This document shows positions 25,781 through 37,200 of a stretch of DNA of 64,000 bases, piece after piece. The position numbers and the translations under genes were made by a program. The DNA lies in the NCBI GenBank assembly GCA_964247055.1, contig OZ176055.1, forward strand, positions 3,844,001 to 3,908,000. The letters are read 5' to 3'. Below the pieces are notes generated by a model. The model was not told the origin of the DNA and did not search any database. It saw only the letters and a program-made list of their open reading frames with translations. Within the stretch, counting starts at the first letter, position 1; the number at the start of each line of letters is the position of its first letter. Origin of the DNA: Paragordius varius. Taxonomy: Eukaryota; Animalia; Nematomorpha.

Positions 25781-27448
25781 CTAGGGTAAATCTCGGGCTG
25801 CGGGGAAGGGGGGGGGATATTTGAAAAAAGGGATGAACAAAATTGTGATCCAAATAAATAGATTATTTCGAAACATTATTTAATAGATATGATCTCATAG
25901 GATTTTCAAAACTGTGCATTCATACTAATATATTGTTTACTGGTGTGAAAACCCCAAATTGACGGCTGACGGAAAAAACCGCTATACTCTAATTTTTACT
26001 TTTGTATGGGTATTATTTAAGGCTTTTATTGAACTCGTATGGCTTCTTAAGTTTTTTGAAAATCAGCTCCAAAACCTCACCATATTTATATGGCTCTCAG
26101 TTTTAAACCGGTAGAACGCTACCCATAGACCTATATGGAAAAGCGCTGAGTAAAATTATTAGTCTTTATAGGCCAAATATTTGGAATCATTTCTTATACT
26201 ATCATCACATGGGTTATTCGAAAAAATACCTTAACACTAAATAATCGTTATATGATGGCGTATTTTTACGGCATAAAGGCCCCAAATTAACGGCTATTAA
26301 TAAAAACGCCTGACCTTAATTAATATCTAATTACGGGTAATATTTCAAGCCTTTGCTCAAATTTTCTGTAAATTAGCTCCCAAACAACGCAATTTCTTTA
26401 TAGTGGCGCAGTTTTTGGCGGATAGCTTCTTACCCAGGGGCAGGTATAAAAAAAGCGTTGGGCAAAATTTTTGCCTTTATATGGGTATCTGAATTATCAT
26501 GGATTTTATGTGTTTCTATAAACTTTTGAAAATATTACTTCAAACTAAAAAATTGTTCCTTAGCGGCGCATTTCTCAGGGCGTAAACTTTACTTAGCGAC
26601 TCATTGAAATCCTTTATACTAAAATATTTGTTTTTTAAGGGGTAATAAATATTTTAGGCCCTTATTGAACTCACATAGTCTCATAAGTTTTCTGAAATTT
26701 GCTTCAAAGACATGCTCTATCGATATGGTGAGGCAGCTTTACGCGGGTACTCCTCTAACTCGGGGCAAAACAAAAAAACATTCGATTCAAATTTTTGCCT
26801 TAATTCGGAGAATACCTGGAATTATGATTGATTCCATATGCTCTCGTGGGATTTTCGAAAAATTGCCTCAAAACTAAAAAATCATTCTATGGTGGCGCTT
26901 TTTTCAGAGCGTGAAGTGCCTAATAAACGGCTAATTTTAAAAAACCGAACGACATAAATTTTTGCCTTGTTACGGGTAATATTTTAAGCACCTATTGAAC
27001 TCATATGGCCTGATAGGTTCTGTGAAATTTAGCCCCAAAGGCACGCCTTTCGATAGGATGAGGCAGGTTTTAGCGGGTATCTCCTTACCCAGCAGCTAAT
27101 ATAAAAAACCACGACTAAAATTTTTGCCTTTAGGGAATATCTGGAATCCTCATTGAATTTTTACGGTCTCATACCTTGGGCGAAAAATAGATTCAAAAAA
27201 TTATTTTTGTGGACTTTGTTTTTTTTGAAAAAATGGCATTTTATGGAGGGAGCGGGTAAGAGGGCTTATGTTAAAAAAGCGAGCCGACTATGTTCGGCGC
27301 AAACAAAACTAAATAAAAAAAATCATATTTGAAATCGGGGGCATTTATTAATGATTATATTTTTTCGACATTTGGATTTGAATAGGTCTACCGGTTTTCC
27401 GGAAACAGATCACAAAGTCAGCATTTTCCATTTTTATAAATATATAGA
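25781..27448 (-). mobile_element. Non-autonomous Helitron, long form containing about four diverged ~320-bp tandem units
   Basis: 5' TCTATATATTTATAAAAATGGAAAATGC at 27448; 3' CCCGAGATTTACC-CTAG|T at 25781. Recurring anchor (CAGTTTT..CGGGTA..TTACCCA) at ~26098, ~26410, ~26733, ~27065. Confidence 0.75.
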
Positions 27449-28594
27449 TTATTATTATTATTATATTCAATCAATTGGCAACACAGTAGTTATATGGAAA
27501 AATTTTATAAAGTTGAAATTAAACATTTGCCTATGTTACATTACACTGTTTATTTGATTGTGGACAAAATTTGTTTAATCGCACACTACTGTATTACAAA
27601 TTGACTAATAATAATGTGAATAAGCCAGAATAAATGTGCATACTGTCAATTGTAAACATATATTATTAATTTTTCTAATATTATATTTAGCATATTGTAA
27701 CATAGCCATCCCCATAAACCATGGCAAAAGTTTTTTGGCAAACTATGCAAAGAGTATTTATTTCAATCTGCGTTATGATTATTAATTTTTTTTGTGAAAT
27801 GTCAATATTTTAAAATAGGCATCGATAAATCTGGTTTGATGTCTCTCATCCAAAACAGTTATGTAATTGAATTGGCAGTTTTCGTTCATTTAACAAACGG
27901 ACAAACTTACTCCCAATATTACGAAATTCTTTCAATCATTAATCAGGTACATGTTTGATTATGAAATCCCTAATAAATTCAAAAGCACGGCGTCTTAACA
28001 AACTTGCCGAAAATACTATATGTTTTAAATATCTAGAAGTTTTATCTAATCTTCATCAGGTGTCATCCAACACATGGCAGTTAATGATTGTTTATTCGCC
28101 CCACAAAAGATTTTTAAAGAGTGTTAAAAATTTAAAAAGATGTGAATTCTTATTAAAATTTTACGATGATTTCGGAATACTTTATTTTTATTGCTTAAAA
28201 CTAATTAATAAATAGATTAAAACTATTGATGCTGCCCCCGAGGCGATTTATGTTGGAGACGCCCTTCCATTTTTTTAAAAATACCTTTTTAATAAAATTT
28301 GGTAGCTTTGTAATCAATCAATGGCCGTTAGCGATTCTATAGGAAATTTTTCCATTCGGTTCTTTCATAGGCTCTTGGGGATAAAATTTGTAGGGCCAAC
28401 TTCGTGTGCTCCCCCTTCTTCTCTTTCTGTTTATTTTTTCTAGCATTTTATATTTTTCCAAAGAGTTTTCTCGTATTAATATTAATTTTAAAAAGGCTCT
28501 TTCGATTATACCCTGTACAAACCTTAAACAAAATTCGGTTATTTTTTTTATCGTAATTATATTTTATTTTAAATATTTATATCTTTATTTTTAG

Positions 28595-31255
28595 GCGAAT
28601 ACCTATTTACGTAATCCTGCTTTGGGTTTAAATATATCTATTACCATAGTACGATTCGAATATATGGATGCCATCGGCAACGTGAGTTAATCCTTTATAG
28701 ATTGTTTTATACACCTAATGGCAGATAATATTTAGTTCGCTATTATATATGTATAATGATATATTTTTAGTATATTCCAATAAATACATGGGATTTGACT
28801 TACATATTACAAAGATTTAACCGTTACCTTTTCAGAGTGCGCAAGAACAATAAAATTGAGAATGCCTATGCATGGGATGCTGCAGTTCTGTTCACATCGT
28901 GCGTATATTTATATAATTCCTATTTTAAAATATTTTGAGAAAAAATAGGAAAATATAATTTCGAATTCTAAATTTTATATTTTGATATATTTTTATGTAT
29001 TTTCTCTTTAGATCGCTATCGATTCCAGGATCTCCTTCAGGTAGGACTATTTTTAAAATCAGAGTTTAATTCTTTCCATCCTAACAAATTTTAGAATTGA
29101 TTAGTTATTTTATCAGGAAAAATTATTTAAATAAGATTTTTTTATACATGTCAATCCATGCCTTTTTATTGGAGGTTTGGCTAATACCCCTTCAGTATGT
29201 GATCTCAGCAAACATGGTTTTATCGTTAAAATGGAAGGGGTCCAAACAATCCGGACTTTCATGCATGAATTGGGACATGTGTAAATACTTTTTTTATATA
29301 TTTACTTTTCCATCTTAATAAAACTAAAGAAAAACGATTAAAGGGTTCCAAACATTTTTTTAATAATCATTTATCGTATTGTTAACTATAAAAATTCAAC
29401 GCTTTTCTTAAATACCAAACGAAAACGCCCATAATTTTTAGAATTTAATGTACAGTCCTTAACCATTTTGCATCCTTCTTATCTTTTATAGTTATTGAAT
29501 AATAACCATTTTTTATATGTATGCGATCCTTACAGTAAAAAAAGATGCTCCATCCTTGGGCATAAATAGCAATATAAATAATATGCCTATACTTTAAAAT
29601 TAATTATATAATTCAAAGTTTTTGTGGCAAAATTAATTAATGTCAAGGAAATAAAATAAAAATTTATAGTATATTTTGTACCTAACAATTTACCCCTAAT
29701 ATATATAATAATATATTAAAGATAAAATCATATAAAACAGTTTTATTCGCAATATATTTTTTTATTGCTTTAAATTATGCCCAGCAGTTATACAAAGAGT
29801 CACTCATCCATAAATCACCTATTTAAATATAAATTATGCTAAAATATTGCTAATATAATAGCTAAATTAATTTCCAACAAGTATCTTAATAGGATGCATG
29901 ATTATGATGAATTACGTTATTCGTGCTTTATATAATATATATACTGCGTACGAAATTGCGGGTAAAAAAATTATCCGGTGAAATATACAGTAAAAATTGA
30001 AATTATACGGACAAAACGTAAAAATATAAAGACAAATATTTTTTTAAAAGACAACCATACTTTTATTGAGCTTAATTTTTCTCATATAAATTATGTAATT
30101 ACAATTGTAAAATATTAATTGATTATGTAACCAATATACATATCATTTTTATAATTTGCAGTTTATAACAAAACAGGATTTTAAAATTATGATTACCTTT
30201 TAGAAAAGAATGTTATATTTATACGTTTTGTTTGTATAATTTCAATTTTTACTGTAATATACATCGATAAAATCAAGATTATTAGGTGCTTTTGCTTTTA
30301 AATATATGAGTGATATAAGAATGTTTTTGCCTTTTTGCACCTCCTTCATTGTAAAATCGCAAAATAGGCGCATATATGTTTAATGGAATTTTTTTGTCCA
30401 AAAAATTATTAAAAAAACCTTATTTTCATAACCTTGATTTAGATCTGGGCGCCAAAAGTCCCAGGTTCCCAGCTGTAAATGAGCTAATTATCTTAAAATA
30501 AACTCAAGGCTGAGATGGCGCTTTATTGCAAATTAAATTATGGAAAAACCTATTTTTCAAAAAATGAAAACTTAGCTCAAAAAATCATTTTTCCAAATTT
30601 TTCGAAGCGTACTGGCATGATTGAAACAGTATAAGTCCGCCTTGATTGGTTTAAGGATTGTAGTCTGTTAACGATCGTTAGCTATTTCATTGGAAAACTT
30701 CCTCCGTTTGTATCTGTTGTGGGCTTTTAAATTTAAGGACATTTTAAAAAAGGATAATATTTCACCTATCAAAGGGGTACGTCTTGGGCCTCTTCTCTCT
30801 CTCTTGCCATTTACATTTCTTAACATTATACCGTTTTCCATAGAATTTCCTCGAATTAAACCAAAGTGTAAATTTTTTCTTGGTTATTTTACGACGTAGT
30901 AGTAGTGTATGTTTGGAATATCTGTGTTTTTAACTTTGTCCTTCCATTTTACACGAAGATATATCCTCTTACAGCATTTGCCTATTTCAGACGGGTCTGA
31001 AAATTTGGGATATTTGTACACGTCTAAAATTTAAAATAGCAAATATTGTTTACTTTTGTTGTATATAGTTTATGATAGATTAATATTTTAGAATGAATAA
31101 TTTAGCTTTCACAAAAAAAATTGATTTAGCAAAATATACGAAAATTTTGTTATTTTCTAATATGGAACGTCAAGAATCAAAATCCAAAACACCATCAGTA
31201 TCTTGATGCAATGATTAATCAAAATATATATATATTTCATTAGGTTATTTTTTAT

Positions 31256-31297
<42 letters not shown>

Positions 31298-34200
31298 TTA
31301 GGAGCTTATCATGACCCTATACCAGGTGCCGATGTAGATTTATCACTACAAACCTTTACCTGCATACCAAACTTACAATCACCGTATAGCATTATGAACC
31401 CTAACGTCACGGATCGCAAAAAATACAACAAAATGGAGTGGTCGGATTGCACTGTTTTTTATATCCAATATAATTTGAAGTATATTTATGATTAAACTGG
31501 GTGAGATTCGTTATTGGCCCAAGTTATGAATTCAAGTCATTTTACCTTTTGGGTACACAAATGGGTTTTTTCGTTAAATATTGCTAAAACTGGTTCCGGT
31601 TCCATTATTTTTCGTCAGATTAGAATGAGTTTCGTTTATTATTCATAATTTACAACAGAAAGGTTATAATGCAATATGCCTTTTTTCCCAAATTAAATTT
31701 AAAAATTAATGGAATTAAGTTTTGGTAATTTATGTAGTAAAATATATATCACAAAACAATTTTTTGAAAACAGTCTTTGGCCATTTATTACCTTAAATGA
31801 TTGCAAAAAAGTTAATGATTTGGTCATAAAATTCTGTTTTAAACTAGATAAAATTAATTATATTCTTACACCAATTACGGTGATTGTATAATACTAGACA
31901 TATTTAACACTTGGGTACACATTCATTTCAGTCCTTCAATTCAAATTGAGGTAGATAGGCTTGAATATTTCAAAAAATATGGAAGGAGTTAAAACGATGG
32001 CAAAAGTTTGCTCTTATATAACATTGATAAAGCTAAATATAAAAAAATTATTTAAAAATACTTGATACTTTTTCCGAGGTAAATCTTAAGGTAATTTAGC
32101 CAGCATGACATGTGTGCATAAGCTAAAATGCAAAATAACCACTATTTCTGTTTATATCAATGTTAAATAGGATGTTATTAAAAAAAGAAAACTTGAATAA
32201 GGGCTAGAATCAAATAAACACGATAATTTGCAAAAATTTTATAAAAATGGTTTCAAGTAGTTGATACGAAACTTTTTTTTTAAAACTAAATTTTATTTAA
32301 TGTTTTAGCTTATTTATATAATTTGTATTATAGCATAAATTTAAATTGGAACCGTTTCTTTCAGTGGTTTTTTAAAAATATTAACTTAAATATTGTCTGG
32401 GATATTAATATCAGTTGGGTATAATTTATTATAACACAATAATGGGAAAACACAGTAATGCAATGGACTTAAAAAAGTTGTTGTTTATATAGGTTATATT
32501 TAATTCCGAAAAATGTATACGGATCTTATTATATATTTTTATCGTGCATTATATACAAATTTCTGAGAATGATGAGTGTGCATTTATAAAACTTGTCACG
32601 TAGTATATAACATGTCACGTAAAATATTATTAACAGAAAAGTATTATAAGTATGCATTGAATAGCAAAGTAATATATAAAATAGAGTTATGTTTTGTTGC
32701 ATATTATATAACATCATATCATATCTCCCACCTTTAATAAGAAAGACGATCCGGAGCTTTTCGTTCCCGACGAGGATAACGGCATTGTACTTCTGTCAAG
32801 TTACACTCCGACTCCACAGCTTCCGTAACTGGGATCTCTGGTACAATGTCAAGGGCGGGTTGTGACATAACAGACTTCTGTAGCTGATCGGCGTGTTTTC
32901 GCTGAATTTTCCTACCGTCATCAGTCTTGTAAGATAATAATCCTGTTCTTTCAATTACTTTTCCTTTCTGCCACCCCTCTGCTGTTTCATTTTTAATCAG
33001 AATAGCATAATCAACGTCAAATTCTCGTAAGGGGGCTCTAGTATTATCCATAAAATCTGATGGTATTGTCTTTAACCATGACAAGGGACCTAACAATTCT
33101 CTTTTTAGGAATAATGAGCATGGTGTTGCTCTCGTTGCACTATGAATTGTTTGCCGATAGCTCCACAAAATGGTATTCATTGCTTCTTGCGGAGAGATGT
33201 CAGCCCTCTTCGTAGCTTTATATTTAGTTTTCAATGTGTAAATAGATCTTTCAACCAACCCATTCGTTCGTGGGTGATACGGACTCGACGTAACATGTTT
33301 GATGTTTAAGTGTTTAAGCCTTTCATCAAAATCGTGCGATACAAAATAAGATGCATTATCACTTACTATTATAGGAAAACCATATCTCGCAAACAATTGT
33401 TCTAAAGAATTTAAAACAGACCTGCTCGTAACTTGTTTCAATATATTAACTTCCAGCCATTTGGACGAGCTGTCAATTGTTACCAGCCAGTAGAAATTAT
33501 CAATGGGACCAGCAATATCTATGTGTATTCTTTCCCAGACGGCGGTGTTGAAATTCCATTTGTATGTTGGGTTTTCCTGGACATTGGGCTTGTATCTTTG
33601 ACATGAGTCACATGTCTTCGCAAGCAATTCAATACTTTGGTCCAAGTGTGGCCAATATACACTGTGGCGCGCAAGGGACTTCATGGTACTTATCCCTGGG
33701 TGTCCAGTGTGAAAGTAGTTTAGGACTTCATTTTGCATGGATCTAAGAACAATGAGTCTATCCTCCAAATAAACTAAACCATACGATGCTTGGATAGCGT
33801 TGCGATGTGATTGATAATTTTTTAGATCTGGATCATCCCAATTGTTGGAATTTAATGCAATTTTTAATTTTTTTATCACCGGGTCCTTATTGGATTGAAC
33901 TAATACATTTTTTTATTAATGTTCAAATCGTTCATAGATAAGAACCGAATTTTTTCAGCTACATCATGATCATCATCCATTTCAGGATCGTCAATTGCTA
34001 ATCTTGATAGGGGATCAGCTAAATTTTGAACCCCTTTATTGAAATGAATGGTATAATCATACCCCGATATTTTATAAATCCAACGTAATGATTTTATATT
34101 AGTGACTCCGGTTAAGTTCCGGTCTTCCCCAAATAATTTAATCAGTGGTTTATGATCAGTAAATATTTTAAAAGATCTCCCATATATGAAAGGGTGAAAT

Positions 34201-37200
34201 TTGTTTACCGCGAACAAAATCGCCTTGGCCTCTCTTTCGATCGTCGAATAATGTTTTTCAGAATTTAAACATTTCCTGGATGCGAAAGAGATTGGCCGCT
34301 TGCCATCTTCGGTTACATGGAAAAGGATGGCACCCAAACCTTCGTTTGGAGCATCGGTCTCAATCAATAATGGCAATTGCGGATTGTACGGAATCAGTTC
34401 CGCAAAATTTGCTATTAGTTGTTTTGACAGTGCAAATTGTTTATCATGAATATTCTCCCATTTCCATGGCATTTTGTTTCCAGTTAAAGTGTGCAGATCA
34501 CTTATGACTGAATGTAATCTTGGAATAAATTTTTCATGAAAGTTCAATAGTCCTAAAAAGAACGTATGTTGTTTTGTCCTTTGGAACAGGACATTTCTAA
34601 ATAGCCTTGATTTTTTCATCCGTTGGCTTAATACCTCTTTTAGATATTTCGTATCCCATGTAGGATACTTTTTCCTGGAAGAATTTCATTTTATCCGGTT
34701 GCAAACGGAATCCGGCCTGTTCAAGTTTCTCCAACACATGCTCAAGATTTGCTTTGTGTTGAGTGTCTGTATTGCCGGTTACCAGAACATCATCCAGATA
34801 AGCACAAACGCCTGTGCAATCATCCAGAATTTAATCCATAACTCGTTGAAATATCATTGGAGCATTTGTGAGCCCGAAAGGTAATCGTTTATACGTAAAG
34901 TAACCTCTGTGTGTTGTAATTGCAGAATATTAGAGCATTCTTTATCAACCGGTAGTTGTAAGTAGGCATCCTTGAGATCCAAAACTGAAAATGAATGTCC
35001 ATTTCCGATTTTACCCAATAATTGATCAAATGTCGGAATGATATGAGAATCTTTTGATAGATAAGGATTGATTGTGACACGAAAATCGGCGCAAATACGA
35101 GCCTCCCCATTGGATTTTAACACGTTGACCGTTGGGGTTGCCCAAGATATCTCAGTTGTTGTTGGGTCTATTGGTTCTATAATCCCCAAATCTAACAATC
35201 TATTCAATTAATTTTCTACCAATGGTTGCAATGGTAGAGGAACTCTACGGCATGGAAAAGCTTTTGGTTTTGCATCCGTTGTCAAAAAAATTTTGATCGG
35301 ATTGCCGTTGTAACAACCAAGTTCCTTTGAGAATAGTTTTGGAAATATTTTGGTCAGCTCCATCTTCTCATTAGAATTTATATTATTGATTACACCTTTT
35401 GGAAAAGGTAGCTTGTACGCTTTTATCCAATCAAAATTGCTTTTAGTTACGATACATGGTAACGTTTTCTTTTCATTGTACAACGTCACAGTGACCATAG
35501 TTTTCCCTAAGATTGTTATCTTATTATTATCATACCTGGTTATTTGATCGGACCACGTTAACTTAGGGCTACCGATCTGCTTCCATATTTGTTGACTTAT
35601 GAGACAGCAGTCAGCACCGGTATCGAAAATCATATCTATCATATTATTGTTTCACTTTTATTTTAGGGGTAGTGCCCGCTTTTATAGATCTAATTTGATC
35701 TAAATTTCTCACCAACTTTGTTTTGCACATTGAACTAAAGTGGTTATTTTTGTTGCAATTGTAGCACGTTTTGCCCCAAGCCGGACACTTGTTTCTCACA
35801 TGCAGTAATCCAGAATTTCGGCAATTTACTTTAGTATCATTAATATCCCGGACATCATTATTCTTATTGTTTTTATAATTATTATTGTTATAATGGCCCT
35901 TGTTAAAACTTCCATGAGGTTTCAAATTTCTGGATCTATCCACTTTAAACTTATTGATTTGCGAGGGAAGATTATCGGCTTCCTCAAAACTTAAAGCCAT
36001 ATCGACCAACATTTGTAGTGTCAGTGGTTTGTCATCTAACTTACCGAGCGGATATTTTATGTGGAGTTCTCTTTCTAATCTGGGTTGATTTAATCCAATC
36101 AAAAATATATCCCTGATTTTGTTAGAAATGTCCGAATCAAATCCAGAGTTGTCGGCCAAAATTTTCAAACGTTCTAAATACGAAAGAATAGACTCATTAT
36201 CACCACGACGAATACGATAAAATGCACATCTAATCACCCATAGACTTTTGTCTGGGGCATAGATTTGAACTGCAATTTTATAGATTTCCGGCCATTCCAA
36301 ATCTTCGATGGTATCAGGATATAGAATATTTTCAATTTTATTCAAAATTTTAATACCACCGAAAGCTAAAAATAATTTTTTTATATTGGAATCCGTGACA
36401 GGAATATCCCTGGCCGCGAGTACCCTTTCTATGTGCTTGACATAATTTTTGAAATTGTAACATTCGTCAAATGGTTCAAGAATTATTCGATTTAGAGGAT
36501 TTTGTGCATTACTAAATGATGTATCTCCGGGATTTTCCATTAGGCAGAATAAATTTTTTTCTCGTCGCCAAATAATATCAGTTGGGTATAATTTATTATA
36601 ACACAATAATGGTAAAACACAGTAATGCAATGGACTTAAAGAAGTTGTTGTTTATATAGGTTATATTTAATTCCTAGAAATGTATACGGATCTTATTATA
36701 TATTTTTATCGTGCATTAACATATACAAATTTCTGAGAATGATGAGTGTGCATTTATAAAACTTGTCACGTAGTATATAACATGTCACGTAAAATATTAA
36801 TAACAGAAAAGTATTATAAGTATGCATTGAATAGCAAAGTAATATATAAAATAGAGTTATGTTTTGTTGCATATTATATAACATCATATCAGATATGTAG
36901 ATACCCCAATTTGAATCTAAGTGTTAAATATATATTTTAATCATTACAAACTTTCCGTAATTTTAATAAAATTTCTTTTAAAACATGTAGTTTAAATGGG
37001 GCATGTTTGATGAAATCTATTCCACTTTTTACACCAACCCCGCCTACCGCAAATTATATGTATTATTATGCACCAAATCAAATGTGCAAAACTTACCATG
37101 GGAAGGGTTATTTAGCAGATTTTGCGAAGGTAAACTTTTCTATAAGTTGTTTAATTACTCTTTTCTTTCAATATAGTTTTAATAACTAAATAATTTTAAG

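Larger units (their letters stand above)
32406..36891 (-). mobile_element. Full-length, disabled Ty3/Gypsy LTR retrotransposon (Mag-like)
   Basis: LTRs at 36573-36891 and 32406-32721; 5-bp TSD GATAT; PBS and PPT present; domain order gag-PR-RT-RH-IN; several stops and frameshifts. Mag-like assignment is inferred from the 5-bp TSD, PBS and paired Cys-His motifs. Confidence 0.93.
31908..36923. mobile_element. TTAA-flanked piggyBac-like MITE split by the Gypsy insertion
   Basis: TTAA|CACTT ... AAGTG|TTAA. Removing 32406-36891 and one TSD restores GTCTGGGATATGTAGATACCCCAATTTGAATC, colinear with the uninterrupted copy at ~39295-39332. Confidence 0.8.

Noticed and set aside
28682-28700. Candidate 19-nt intron in the metalloprotease
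   Set aside because: Using this AG gives a stop after five codons; the acceptor at 28770 gives an ADAMTS-like frame.
32529-32717. Duplicate ~62-aa ORFs at 32529-32717 and 36696-36887
   Set aside because: They lie in the two LTRs and are AT-rich chance frames.
33880-35643. Many stops and frameshifts in gag-pol despite near-identical LTRs, suggesting programmed recoding
   Set aside because: They are scattered inside RT and between domains without slippery-site or readthrough context; ordinary decay or indel errors explain them.
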